Assembly (NCBI GenBank): GCA_951406725.2 | Contig: OX597820.1 | Span: 72,974,001 to 73,038,000, forward strand | Length of the DNA: 64,000 bases | Source: Octopus vulgaris | Lineage: Eukaryota | Direction of reading: 5' to 3' | In this document: positions 13,120 to 26,964 of the stretch, piece by piece | Position numbering within the stretch: position 1 is the first letter of the stretch | Layout of the letters: each line of letters starts with the position of its first letter | Notes under the pieces: generated by a model | What the model was told of the DNA's origin: nothing | The model's input: only the letters and a program-made list of their open reading frames with translations | The model's database searches: none | Made by a program: the position numbers and the translations under genes

Positions 13120-13512
13120 AACTTGTTTCAGTCATTTGACTGCGGCCATGCTGGAGCACCGCCTTTAATCGAGCAACTCGACCCCGGGACTTATTCTTTT
13201 TGTAAGCCCAGTACTTATTCTATCGGTCTCTTTTGCCGAACCGCCAAGTAACGGGGACATAAACACACCAGCTTCGGTTGTCAAGCAATGCTAGGGGGAC
13301 TAACACAGACACACAAATAAACACACATACATATATATATATACATATATACGACAGGCTTCTTTCAGTTTCCGTCTACCAAATCCACTCACAAGGCATT
13401 GGTCGGCCCAGGGCTATAGCAGAAGACACTTGCCCAAGATGCCACGCAGTGGGACTGAACCCAGAACCATGTGTTTGGTTAGCAAGCTACTTACCACACA
13501 GCCACTCCCGCG
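13120..13512 (-). mobile_element. SINE family B
   Basis: Near-identical to 21040-21470. Confidence 0.92.
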
Positions 13513-13856
13513 CATATAACTATTTATTTTGCTTCGTAGAACGATATCATAGAGAGGAAGCAGTATTCCAGGAGAGGGCCACACAAAGGAGGAGAAAAGG
13601 GGAACGATGACATCTGCCTCTCTGAACTCTAAAGTTCTGAAGATCCAGGATATCATCCTTGGAGCCCCAAAGACTTTGTGCATATATACATACATTCATA
13701 CATACCAACATTCTTACCCCATCCCCCAAACATATATAAATATTAATATATTATATATAATATACATAATATAAAAAATATATATATATGCATGTAGGTG
13801 CATAAGTATTATATATTTTACATATATTTTTATTCATAGTATACACATGACAAGTA

Positions 13857-14195
13857 AAGGTGCATAGCTCAGCGGTTAGAGTGACGGGCTCACAATCATG
13901 AGGTAGTGAGTTCGATTCCCGGATCGCGCTGTGTATTGTTATTGAGCAAGACACTTTATTTCACGTTGCTCCAGTTCACTCAGCTGTAAAATTCAGTTGT
14001 GACGTCACTGGTGCCAAGCTGTATCGGCTTCTTTGCCTTGGATACCATCGGTGGCATAGAGAAGGCAGGCTGGTATGTATGGGCAACTGCTGGTCTTCCA
14101 TAAACAACCTTGCCCGGTCTTGTACCTCGGAGGGGAACTTCCTAGGGACAATCCCACGGTTATCCATGACCGAAAGGAGGTCTTTACCCTTTACT
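13857..14195 (+). mobile_element. SINE family C variant (same central block, different tail)
   Basis: A box TAGCTCAGCGG, B box GTTCGATTCC, block TTTCACGTTGCTCCAGTTCACTCAGCTGTAAA, tail CTTTACCCTTTAC. Confidence 0.85.
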
Positions 14196-14238
14196 TTCAC
14201 ATGACAAATAAAACTCTATATTATATATATACACGCGT

Positions 14239-14297
<59 letters not shown>

Positions 14298-14469
14298 ACA
14301 TATAAATATTATATACATACAGTATGATATTTATTCTTAAATATATTGTGTATATAGGTATATATACATTATATATTTATACATATATGCTATAAATATT
14401 ACGTATCTATATATTCATATATATTTTCTGTAAATATGTATATATTTACGTTATATATATGCACACATA

Positions 14470-14506
<37 letters not shown>

Positions 14507-15659
14507 GCATATATGTGTGTGTGTATGTATGTATATATATACAAATATATGCATACATATGCTATGCCAAGTATGCATACATATATTATACATGTACACA
14601 TATTGTTGAATGTGCGTGCGTAAATGTTGTTTAATAAGAGAGGAACTCTGAATATGGAAATGTGCGAGAATGAATTCAAATATAATAAGCGTTGATATGT
14701 ATAAAAATAATTGAATAAAATTAATATCTTAAAACCAGAGAATTTAAAATCCAAGAAGGATATTAAACTACAGATAAATATAAATATACAAGATTGTTGA
14801 TTTAACTGTCATCGACGTAAATACTATAGGGAAACTAACCAGCGAATTTCGTTAAATTTTCTGATACATCCTGGTAAAAATTGTTTGATTATTTGAAAAG
14901 TAGGTTTTTTAATGTAAAAATATGACAGTCATCAACTTGAAAGAAAATGGCAGATTTGACACAATCCACACCAGCAGTAACATCACAGGTAGATAAAAAT
15001 TACCAGATACCTATACCAGCAAAACAACAAAATATAATTCACCAACTGCAACTATAGCAACATCTATAACGACGAAAAAATTGCAACAAATCTAAAATAA
15101 GATATTTGGACATTTTGCAAATGAAATGTATATTAATAATTTGAAACACTTCATTGTTATGTAAATTTGAACTTGTCAATAACCATAAGTATATGCATCA
15201 CATCCATTTTTAAATCTTATCTTATGTACATGCCATAAATTTCTACAAATAAAGATGTCCCAGAGCAGTAGATAATAGTTTGATTGCAGCGAAGATTTAT
15301 AATTCTGAGTTATATTTGATATCGTTATTACAACAACAACGATAGATAATGGTTTTATGGCGGCTGTTGTTTAATATCATACTGATCAAGTTAAAGCAGA
15401 AGTGCACAGAGTCGACTTTACGGAAAAGGGAATTTCTTACGCTTATATAAATTCAGATTTATCTTTGTAGCACAGAAGAATTTAACATAAAATTCCACTT
15501 GAATTTACGGATTCTATATCGTTTCAACAAGCAGTTATGTACTCCTTGCTATCAAATTGTCGAAACGCGTGTATGCATTATAAAGTATAACATACTATAC
15601 ACGTCTTTTGTATTTTATCAAAACTGCATTGGGCTTTCTCATTTATAATAATAATAATG

Positions 15660-16051
15660 TCTACTATAGGCTCAAGGCCTGAAATTTGTGGGGAAGGGAC
15701 TAGTCGATTACATCGACCCCAGTGTTTCCCTGGTACTTTATTTATCGACTCCGAAAGGATGAAAGGCAAAGTCGACCTCGACAGAGTTTGAACTCAGAAG
15801 GTAGCGACAGAGAAATACCTATTTCTTTACTATCCACAAGGGGCTAAACACAGAGGGGACAAACAAGGACAGACAAACGGATTAAGTCGATTATATCGAC
15901 CCCAGTGCATAACTAGTACTTATTTAATCGACCCCGAAAAGATGAAAGGCAAAGTTGACCTCGGCGGAATTTGAACTCAGAACGTAGCGGCAGACGAAAT
16001 ACGGCTACGCATTTCGCCTGACGTACTAACGTTTCTGCCAGCTCGCCGCCT
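15660..16051 (-). mobile_element. SINE family A composite (full copy joined to a second copy lacking its first ~45 nt)
   Basis: Sense junction AAAGAAATA|GGTATTTC at ~15815-15828. Confidence 0.9.
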
Positions 16052-16084
16052 ATGATAATAATAATAATAATAATGACGATGGTG

Positions 16085-16715
16085 ATGATTTCATTTATCT
16101 ACACCAGGGCGAATTATGAAGGGGACAATACAAAGACAGACATAAAGTGTTGGGAGATTACATATAATGAAATGATAAAAATAATAACAAAATAGTAAGC
16201 TTACACGGTATAAAAAGAAGAGGAGGGGAATATACATAGTGTATAGAGGTTGGAAAAAAGTGGGGATGATAAAGATGTAACCTATCCGGATTTTCTCTGA
16301 ACACCAAAAGCAAGTGCCCTCTACAATCCCCCTTCTCCGACTCACAGGTCTACATTTAGAGAGGGTACCATCCACTCTTGCCATTTTCGGAATTTCCACT
16401 CACCTTTCAATAAACTCACTCAAGGACAGCTCTTCCTTATTCACCCTCACTTTCCTTTTCAAGTGAAACTTGAAGAGGTTAATGAGAAATCTACCAAAGA
16501 GGAATGTATCTGTCCTCATGCCTTTCACAACCTTGCCCACCAAACAACCGCTTTTGCCACAGCCACCAGGCAAAAGGAAACTGCCTTAGTTGCCCGATTG
16601 AAGGAGGGCAGAGGTATAATCACCCCTATGGACTCGACCGATAGACAGATCTATCCCACACGCGACAGCAGCTGTTCGACACAACCCCACAAGTCAGCAA
16701 TGCCCGTACAATAAT
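16085..16715 (-). mobile_element. Tx1/L1-type LINE 3' end of ORF2 plus 3' UTR
   Basis: Minus frame C..IADLWGCVEQLLSRVG...LVAVAKAVVWWARL...FKFHLKRKVRV...F, typical of Tx1 ORF2 C-termini; ends in an ATC/ATT repeat. Confidence 0.65.
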
Positions 16716-17050
16716 AATTTATGCAATATTTCAGAGCCAAGAAGGCGGCGAGCTGGCAGAAACGTTATCATACCGGGCGAAATGCTTAGCGATTTTGTTA
16801 CGTGTGATTAACTCTGTGGTGTATTCTTTGCTTGAAGGTTAGTGTTGAAATTAGTGTTGCTGAATTCTTTCATTGTTGTGTTTAATACCGTTCTGCGTGT
16901 GGCAGACAGAGTGAACTTTTATTCTCTTCTGTGAGGGGTGGGTGGGAATTGTCAATTTTTTTGTGGTGTCTTTTCACAATTTATTTTGTTAAAAACGAAT
17001 TCTTCCTCTGCAGAGGAAAAAACTGTGAAAAGAACTTTGAAATATTAAGT

Positions 17051-18439
17051 ATGCCGACGGCAGAAAAACTTGTTGAACCAGCAAAAAAGTTTAATTTTGC
17101 AGCTGCGGCTGGAGTGAAAAAAAGAAAAACTATGTATTGACAAAAATATACTAATGCAGCACCAAAACATGTTTGCAAAAGCCACCCTCCCGAGTGAAAT
17201 TATAGAAGAAACCGCGAAACAAATAGTATTTAAAAGTCTTGTTGTAAAGGAAAAGAAACTAGACAAAGCACCAAAAGAAGCTATAGAAAAATGCCTACAA
17301 CCGGTCTGGCAGGACATGGAATACCTGACCAGAGACAAACGCTTTGCCGCGGTAGTGGTGTATTTCAAAAGTGAAGACAAAGCAAAAACTCACTCAGTAC
17401 AATCTTTGAAAACCACGGACATTGTATGGCTGCCAACATAATTAGGCAGGCGCACATAAAAAATCACGATAGAAGAGATCCCGCCAGAAATAAACGTATC
17501 ATGGCTACTCCCAGCCCTACTAATGGGAATAGAAGAAGAAATAACGATATTAGAGGCCTCAAAAATACACCAGCAGAATTGGAAGGGGCAAGGCCTCGAG
17601 GTCATTATCCAAGCAGCACCTCAGACCCTGGAAATGATCGTAGAGAACATACACCTCGGAGAAGAAATCACCTTACGAGTAATGGTGGAGGGGAAAAGAC
17701 CCCGGTGCTTCGAATGTGGAGAGAAAGGCCACATTCGGGCAAACTGTCCTACCTGTAAGATGGAGACGGCCCAAAAAAAGGACGCAGAAGAGATATAGAT
17801 ACGGAAGACCGACCAACAGGCTCCCAGCAATGAAAACACTCAACCAGCTGGAAATGAAGACGGATGGTCTACGGTAAAAAGGAAGAAATCAACCAAAAGG
17901 AAGAACCCAAATCCCATCCCCTCAACATCCAACTCGAACAAGAAAAAATCTCCCTCAACAGACACACACGAAACTCAAACAACCCTTCCCCCACCAAAAC
18001 ACCAACATCCAACCCTGATAACCTTCAACCCTGATAACCTCCCCTCCTTCCCACCCAGCCCTGATATTTCACCCCTCCAGTCCCCATCCTCCAGTCCCGA
18101 TATCCCTCCCTCCACACATCTCCTCCGCCCAGCCCAAGAAAAATCATCCCTCCCCTCCAATCCGGAAAAAAAATATGGCAAAACAAATTACTATTAGTGG
18201 CAATAAATGCCACGAACGAACAATTAACATCTAGAATTTGAAATATTCCTACAGCAGAAATCTTCACAGAACATTATACAAAACTTCCTGAAGGAATTAT
18301 GATAAAACGAATCGACAATATAAACCTTGCAAAACTAAAATCATATTTCCCCATAGACATAGCCCTCGCCTCCCGAGGTTGGACTTCAGTAAGTCCATGT
18401 ACGAGGACCTTTGTCAAACCACTCCACGAGCCCAGGTAA
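17051..18439 (+). pseudogene. Tx1/L1-type LINE ORF1 (gag-like, CCHC zinc knuckle), disrupted
   Basis: Track ORFs 17154-17441 and 17523-17798 are one frame broken by stops; RVMVEGKRPRCFECGEKGHIRANC is a CX2CX4HX4C knuckle, followed by a basic, Pro/Ser-rich linker. Confidence 0.85.
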
Positions 18440-18483
18440 AGGAAAAGGACAAGGATGAAAGCCATTGATGTCAAGGTAAATAG

Positions 18484-18660
18484 ATGGTTTGTATTCGTGT
18501 TGGTTGTTTGAATGTGCGTGGCCTGGGGTCAAGCTGGAAGCAAGGTCGCTTCCTTAATGACATCAGGTCGCGCAAATTGGATGTCATTGTTGCTACGGAA
18601 ACCAGGTTAAGGGGGCCAAGAGATCTCCTCCCGCTATTTGATGGCTACGAGAGTTTTAGT
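18484..18660 (+). pseudogene. LINE ORF2 N-terminus (AP endonuclease), truncated
   Basis: MVCIRVGCLNVRGL...DVIVATETRL matches the NVRGL and D-x-x-x-x-(Q/T)ET motifs of APE domains; homology stops near 18660. Confidence 0.88.
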
Positions 18661-19076
18661 TGTGAAATGATAATAATAATCACAAGATCAGGTCAAGAAA
18701 GAATTCGAGAAGAGATACTTAAAAAAAATATAGCAAAATGCATTTCAGCTGCAATGTTATGAAGCAGTCTATCGCGTAAGGAATTCCGAGTCTTCGGAGG
18801 AAACGATCGTCGATTCATTTAGCGTGAAGACGAATCAGAATTTGCTCTCGTGAATATTATATGCAAAATCTTTATCAAATTCATATCTTCTTTGTTTTTC
18901 TGTGCCAGACAGTACACGTTTTTCACGTCTTTGATGTGATAACTCATTTATATTCATATCATTTTCTCTGTTACGAACTGATGGATCTGTTAAGCCTTAT
19001 GGTTGTATAACTGAAATTAGTCTCTGAATGTCGTAGTTTCTGAAGTGTGCAGGACAAATATATATTTTCACAAATT

Positions 19077-19140
19077 CAGTGGCATAGCTAGAGTGTGCAG
19101 CCACCCGGAACAGCGCTTGTGTTCGAACCCCAGCCCCCAA
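19077..19140 (+). mobile_element. terminal fragment of hAT-like MITE
   Basis: CAGTGGCATAGCTAGAGTGTG is similar to the reverse complement of the right end of the MITE at 55207-55374. Confidence 0.6.
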
Positions 19141-19184
19141 AATGTTTTTGTTATTAATGTATATTAAAAAGTTTCATTTCTGGA

Positions 19185-19362
19185 TTTGGTTTGCAAGATT
19201 CTTTATGTGAGTTCGTGTGTTGAAGAATATTCTGTTGCGTCTAGGGAGAGTCATTCTCTTTTAGTGCCTTATAATTTAACACTCACACCGGTAAAATTTC
19301 CACTTATTTCTTTTTTATTTTTCTAAAATTTTCGTTGCATCTTGCAACCTTTTCAGTGGTTT
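19185..19362 (-). mobile_element. short Penelope-type repeat with hammerhead-like motif
   Basis: Minus strand CUGAAAA (19356-50), stem GUUGC/GCAAC, GAAA, palindromic AAAAUUUU; core deviates from CUGANGA and stem I is not evident. Confidence 0.4.
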
Positions 19363-19786
19363 GATTCAAAAATATTGTATACAAGGCAAGGTTGTATACA
19401 AACTCGCTACCAGTTCAAATATGCTCCTGGCATATCCGAATCAGTATGAAGACATTTATTCGGATCCAAATATGCTGCAAGTGTATTTGAACTGGTAACA
19501 TGTTTGTATTTACCCACATAACTGCTTAGCGCTTCTACCCCGTTTTAAACAGGTTGACTTACTGCCTACCCTGCACATTTATTCACAGCACGTTCCTGAC
19601 ATATGTTTAGTTAAACTAATTTTAAATCTGTGAGTAGTGTCCCGACATTAGAAACACCTTTATTTTAATACAGCCTATACAGACTTATACAGCACGAACA
19701 CACCACCCGGGGTGAATCGCTTCTTCTGGTTGTGCTACACGCTATCTTCGTGTGAGGGATCGACTGTTTTCTATAATGTCTTATTC

Positions 19787-20270
<484 letters not shown>

Positions 20271-21039
20271 GGATCTAGTCTTTTTCATTCGTAAAATGAG
20301 CCTCCTTTAATTTTGCTCAGACTGCTTTCAATTTTGGTGCATCGATGCAACTCTGAATTTTGATTACGATCAACCAATTATTTTATCTCGTAAATTAAAG
20401 AATCTGATGTTATTTGGAATCAAAGTTGCGAAGTTTGGGTAATTTTAGCCAATCAACAGACAGCGTGGCATTAGCAGCTTGTTACCACGACAACCGCACG
20501 CTGTGTTGTGGTCCACTTGTTCAATGTTGATTTTTCACACTTGATTCTTCACACCACGAGATTTTTTTCACCCGCGTGTTTTGTTTTAATTTTTCTGTAT
20601 GTTAGTATATTACATATTTTTCTGTGCTTCTGTGTGTTAGTATTTTTCTGTGCTTTTTCTGTGTTAGTATTTTTACATATTGTTCCTTTCATATATTTTT
20701 CATATATATTCAGGGACTCATTCATTCAGATAGCTCTATTTATGATTTCACTAGGTTAATTCTATTCATAAAAATTTGAATTAGGAGTATTTCTTAAACC
20801 GTTAGCTTCACATTTCAACAGTTTAAATGAAATTTAGCCCACGTAACAGGAACATTGAGAGATATCGGGAAACAGAGAAACTGTGAGTGATACAGATAAT
20901 TTGGCATTATTTTTTCATTCTTGGAGCAAATTCTTTGTTGACCAGTGTTATTCTTATCGTAGTTTACAAATCCAAGTATGAAGACGTTACTCACACACAC
21001 ATTAATGCATAAATGTACTTATAAACTTATATATGAATA

Positions 21040-21264
21040 CTCTTTTCTTTACTCTTTTACTTGTTTCAGTCATTTGACTGCGGCCATGCTGGAGCACCGC
21101 CTTTAGTCGAGCAACTCGACCCCGGGACTTATTCTTTGTAAGCCCAGTACTTATTCTATCGGTCTTTTGCCGAACCGCTAAGTGACGGGGACATAAACAC
21201 ACCAGCATCGGTTGTCAAGCAATGCTAGGAGGACAAACACAGACACACAGACATACATGCACAC

Positions 21265-21299
<35 letters not shown>

Positions 21300-21470
21300 C
21301 ATATATACGATGAGCTTCTTTCAGTTTCCGTCTACCAAATTCACTCACAAGGCTCTGGTCGGCCCGAGGCTATAGTAGAAGACACTTGCCCAAGGTGCCA
21401 CGCAGTGCGACTGAACCCGGAACCATGTGGTTGGTAAGCAAGCTACTTACCACACAGCCACTCCTGTACC
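21040..21470 (-). mobile_element. SINE family B, young full-length copy
   Basis: Near-identical to 13120-13512 and 10589-11000. Confidence 0.92.
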
Positions 21471-22952
21471 TTTATTTTGTTGCTAACACACATCTCTAAA
21501 CATATTCGTTTCAACTATCTCTCTCTTTTTTTTCCTTCCATCTATGTTTTTTTTTAACTCCCAATCCTGAGCACTTAACTAATCAAATAATTTTTGCCTG
21601 GTTAAATACATACATCCACATGCACTTATATATTAATGATGTACACAAATACATGACAGGTATGCATAATACTGAAATACGCATAAAGTAAACACATGCA
21701 GACAAATATATTAATATAACAAGTTTTAAAAAAATAATAATAAAAACATACAATCAATGAAGAGACAAGAGAAACAGTATGATGATACATGTTGATTTTT
21801 ATTCGGTATTTCTGTTTATTTAGAAACCTGCAATAAACCTGCAATGTCACAAACGCTAAGCTATAATTTCACAGGGTACAACCTTAAAGTTGACACCGCT
21901 CCGCGAAAGGCAGAAAATTCCTATCTCGCTATTGGCTAAAAATACAGAGGTTTTCCAACTTTTAAACCTCTGCAACTTTTTCCTCCATTTTTTTTTTTTC
22001 TTAGCAACATCATACCTTCATAGCAATGAGACTGGAAAACCACATTATTATAGCCAATTTTCAGATTTTTTACTTCCTTGCAAAAAATACACGTTTTGCA
22101 AATGAAAAAAAGTAACTGGATCCAAAACTTCTTCAAAGCGGTACCCCAGCATGGCCGCAGAAAAATAACAAGCAAGTAAAAAATAAAAGGTAAAAGATTT
22201 AAATAAAAATTGGAGATTCAAACCTTTCTAATACCTTCACAGTTCTGGAAGATTTTATGTTTCATCCTTTAATTGACCTCTTACAGTCCATTCTGTTTTT
22301 GATTAAAAACGAATAACAGGAAGCAGAATTATCTTTTTCGAACCAGATATTTATAGAAGACGCATTTTAGTGCGTATATATTTAGAATAAACACTTGTGC
22401 GTTTAAGATACTGCTGTAGTCAGTCTTCGAATGCAGGAGTCGATATATCTTCAAGCTGTGACGCAGCTTTGTAAGTGCGTCGGTCCCCATCTACTGCAAC
22501 TTTAGAGCTGTTTGGGGCCACCCACCGATATAAGAGACAAAAATTCCCGTACATTACCACGAGCTTGTTGAGTCAGGTGTTGCGATGCTGGGGCTAGATG
22601 TTCCTATCATCTTTATTGCTAGTTCTTGCCCTGCCAATCATTTTGTTTCACGAGCCAAGTGTAATGGCTGACATTCTCAACAGCGTCTGACAATTTTTCG
22701 GGCGACGTCTTTTCTCTCCTTCTTAGCTGGTCCAAAGCTCCCGAGCATCGAGTGAGCCCTGGTTCCAACTAATCCTCTAACACTTTCTGAAGTAAAGTTA
22801 CAAACGTATTTGTTAAATAACTATAAAACTTGGTACCCAAAGTAACTTAGCATTAGAAAATACTACACAGATGGCTTAGGGACGATAAGAGAAGGAATGA
22901 GATTAATAAATAGCAGAAGGAAGCGCGCGCGTGTATATATATATATATATAC

Positions 22953-22997
<45 letters not shown>

Positions 22998-23842
22998 AGA
23001 ATGTATTGAAAAATCTACTAGATAGCAAAATACCTTATTTGTAGAACGCCATATGGAGATGTCGGCAAGTTATCACCATCAGTCAGTGTCGCAGTTAATA
23101 TATAGAAACACATGTAAGGTGGAGCGGCACGTGAGATAAATAGAAAGAAAAACAGTCACTCTTTCTTCACCACAAACTACTATAATAGGATTTTCCTTTT
23201 CTTTTCCCTTCTTTTAAAATATATATATATTTATATTTTTAACTTTCAGTAGTAATTGGAAGCAAGCTATTTCCAGAATAAGGAGCTAAAAATGAGTTAG
23301 AAATAAGAGAAACGAGAGACGACAAGAGCAAAGACAGTAAAGTTAAAGAAAACAAAAGATAGAAGTGAAATATATAGTGAGAAAGAAGTGCGATGGAAAC
23401 GGTGCATGATTAAATAGGCTAAGAATGACAGACAGCAAAGTAAATGTATTGTAGACATGAAAGGGAAAGCTAAAACGAAATATCTTAGCTTTAAACAAGT
23501 AAAGATTCAGACCTCCATCAAACACATATGTATGCAGGCATGACTGCCAGAGGGCGTTACGGAATGTTGTCTCTGAGTAAGGAGTTGTCAGTTAGCTGTG
23601 ATCATTTTATGTAATAGAGATTATTTATTATTTATTTATTTTTTATTTATGTTTTATTTTTAAAATTGTTATTTATGTATTATTTTTTTAATGTTTATTA
23701 CTATTATCATTATTATTTTGTCTGTTATAAACTTTAAACGAAGTCGAAGTTTATTATGTTTTCAGAAGAGATAGACTTACAGCCACATCCGGGTGCCTAT
23801 ACGTTGTCATTTGACTTGCTAGAAATAGTACCTAAAGTTTCT

Positions 23843-24130
23843 GCAGGAGTGGTTGTGTGGTAAAGAAGCTAACTTCGCAACCATGTGGTTTCTAGTTCAG
23901 TCCCATGCGTAGAACTTTGAACAAGTGTTTTCTGCTATAACTCTGGGCCAATCAATTCTTGTAAGTGAATGTGTGTCTTTATGCTTGACAACCGGTGCTG
24001 TTTTGTTTTCGTCCCCTTAACTCAGCGGTCCGGCAAAAGAAACCTATAGAATAAGTACCAAGTTTTAAAAAATGTACTGTGGTTGATTTGTCCAACTAAA
24101 CTTTTTAAGGTGGTGTCCCAGCATGGCCGC
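23843..24130 (+). mobile_element. SINE family B (diverged, internally deleted)
   Basis: Head and tail blocks recognisable. Confidence 0.8.
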
Positions 24131-24384
24131 ATAAAAAGACATTGAATAATGTGATCTTGCTTTTCCTCCTTCCACATTGAGAAAAAAGGCGGGATTGTCA
24201 CAGGATTAATAATAAAGGACAACAATATTCATAAGCCTTACAGGATTTTCCATGTTCCTCCTTAGCTGTTGTTGAAAGGCAAACCCATTGAAATATATTT
24301 GAGATGCAGTAGAATCGCGTCAGTGACCAGGTTGCAGTTGGTGTGACGAATATTTGGATACCTAATAATAAATATTTAAGTTAT

Positions 24385-25400
24385 TGACGGCGGAACTCGA
24401 AGCAATCCAGCGAAGCTACACAAAGATCATCTCAATGCGACACATCAGCTTCTGGGAAAGGCGGAAAAAGTTAAGACTCTACTCCGGAGAACGAAGTGGG
24501 GAAAAGCAATGCAGTAATATAGTTAGTTAGTTAGTTAGTTAATTTGGCTCAAAAGCAAATAGCAAGGCCATGTAGGGGGACATGGAGTTAGGTACAGGGT
24601 GGTGTTCATGTAAAGAGTTCAGGCCACTTGAGGTCAAGGGAGGCTTTGAACAAAGCGGTCGTCGGCATCTTCACCATCTCGTCTGGCAGCTTGTTCCACG
24701 GAACCGCAACCGGACGGAGAAAGCTCCTCTCCTTCGATTGAGATGAAATCGTCGCAGGTAGAGCTTTTCGGAATGACCCCGCAGCCGACGCTCTGGAGCA
24801 GGAGTGAAGAACAGCTCTTTCGAGAGGTTACACTTTCCGCTTATGATGTTGTGGGCGAGAATGAGATCACCACGGCGGCGGCGTTTTTCAAGAGAATAAA
24901 GGTCGAGCGTCCTCAGCCTTTCTTCGTAGGACAAATTTTTGAGACCATGAACCATATACAGAGACCATATATGAGACCATATACATCTGGAAAATCCTGG
25001 AAGAACTTCTACTAAACTTTGGCATTGAAAATTACACAAACAGTAGAACGGGGCACCACTGCATAGTACCATAGATTCCAAAATTGCCATCAGAATACAG
25101 GGCCAGATACTGCAATAGCTTGTGTTTCAAAACCACACAGCTCTTCAATATTCTCCCAAAAAGCCTGAGGGACCTACTTGGGGTAGATGCAAATGTCTTT
25201 AAAAGAGAACTGTATCTTCTTTCAAGTTTTCTGGTTGAACCTACCTCGCGGCGGGAAACACAGATAAGAGCAGCAACATCAAACTCCCCTCATTCACCAA
25301 ACGTCACATATCAGATGAGAGTTCAGGTGGTGAAAGTGTAGTAAAGCTAACGGCAGTTCCCCAGCATGGTTGCAGCTCTCGAGCTGAAACTAGTTAAAAG
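24385..25400 (+). mobile_element. CR1/L2-group LINE 3' end (host), split by a nested LINE
   Basis: ELEAIQRSYTK...WER..KLRLYS.ER then IWKILEE...QLFNILPKSLRDL; the uninterrupted homologue is at 11210-11660. Confidence 0.82.
24521..24955 (-). mobile_element. young 5'-truncated CR1 LINE with (TAAC)n tail
   Basis: MVHGLKNLSYEERLRTLDLYSLEKRRRRGDLI...RGHSEKL...RRGAFSVR then WNKLP after one frameshift; classic CR1 ORF2 C-terminus. Confidence 0.92.
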
Positions 25401-25758
25401 CGTTAAGTCTTTGTGTGCTATCCAATGGCTAACAACTGTCTTACACGCAGTAATTGTTTTGAAAATGTTCGTCAGTTGTTTTGAGAACAATAATTTATAA
25501 AATACTTGTATATCCCTCAGCTGCATCTATTTTATTTCAGTTTCGCCGGCAGTCTGCTTGAGAAAGGAATGTTTTCTACATTTTTATCATATTCTTTCTT
25601 CAGACGTGGCTATGTGGTAACGATTTTGATTTCTAGCCACATGATTCCGGTTTCAATCCCACTGCGTGACACCTTAGGCAAATGCCATCTACTATAGCCT
25701 CGGGCCGAGCAAAGCCTTGTGGGTGGATTTGGTAGACGGAAACTGAAAGAAGCTCACT

Positions 25759-25809
<51 letters not shown>

Positions 25810-26904
25810 TTGATTTAGGCTGCAGTACGGATATGTGTACCAAAAGGAAAATTATAACCGGCAATGCTCGAAGAGTTACCAGAGACGACCCGAGCAGAAA
25901 CTGACAAAGCGTGACTGCAGCGACACATTCGCCCATACCTGACCTGATTGGCTAAGAACACAGTGCAGTGACTGGACGACTACTGTCTTTAGTTGTTTGA
26001 CACATCAATCCATTGATCTCCTGCGCTCTCTTAGTCTACCATGTGTCATTTTAACTTATCAGAATGTTTACGAATATTCTGTATCCTATAATTTTATGGC
26101 TTTGCCTGTTAGAATGCGGCAATTCTTAACTGTTTGAAGGCTCATATCCAATCGTGCTTACCAATTCATTGGAGGATCACTTTATATGAAAGCTGAAATA
26201 TAAAATCATAATTACTAATAAACCCATTTAACATATTGGATGCTATTATTTTTGAGCCACTTGATCTTTTATTACAGAGAGTTCTCTGTATATCATGTTT
26301 AACATCCAGGTGATTTCGAAAGAACGAAAGTTGTATACATCAACAGTAAACGAAAAATGACGTCACTTTGTCACTCTTTTCTTGCATACCCACCTATAGA
26401 CTCCGGCAACACCGGGTAATGTGAGCAGTCAAATGTTATAAAAAATGAGGGCTGTGAAAGACATCTCTATTCCTAAATAATAATCAAGTTTACTTGTCGT
26501 TAAAAGAAAGCAAATGCACAGTCTTGCTGTTTATAGTGGAATATTGTAGCTGTCGTTTCTAGTTTAAACCGAAATTAGCTCTGTTTAAGTAGACCAATAA
26601 TCAAAGGCATTCCAGCTTACCTTTCTTTTACACAGTGTTTCTAGGACTACATTAACCAATGTAGTATTTTTTTTCTCTAAGACAGTAATGTGTTTTCAGA
26701 GGGAGATTTGGTTGTTATTTCGCATAGGTCTGACAACCATGTAGAGTCTCCTTTGTCGGCTGACATAATGGAACGCTTGATCAAAGAGTAGATAGGTAGC
26801 TTTCTCCATGAGTAATCGGTTTCCAGTTCGCTAATGAAATCAGAGATGTTATAATTCTTTTTAGCTGCATTGTACTAAATGTACTCGTTAGCTCCGTTCC
26901 AACA

Positions 26905-26907
<3 letters not shown>

Positions 26908-26964
<57 letters not shown>

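Larger units (their letters stand above)
12243..14345. repeat. inverted duplication: 12243-12423 is the reverse complement of 14190-14345
   Basis: Non-microsatellite flanks (AGAGTTTTATTTGTCATGTGAAAGTAAA / TTTACTTTCACATGACAAATAAAACTCT) and internal microsatellite order match; main differences are repeat length and a 2-nt indel. Confidence 0.9.

Noticed and set aside
18749-18855. Possible micro-exon LQCYEAVYR (CAG...GTAAGG); similar case near 22436-22469
   Set aside because: Weak polypyrimidine tracts; such short AG..GT matches are expected by chance.
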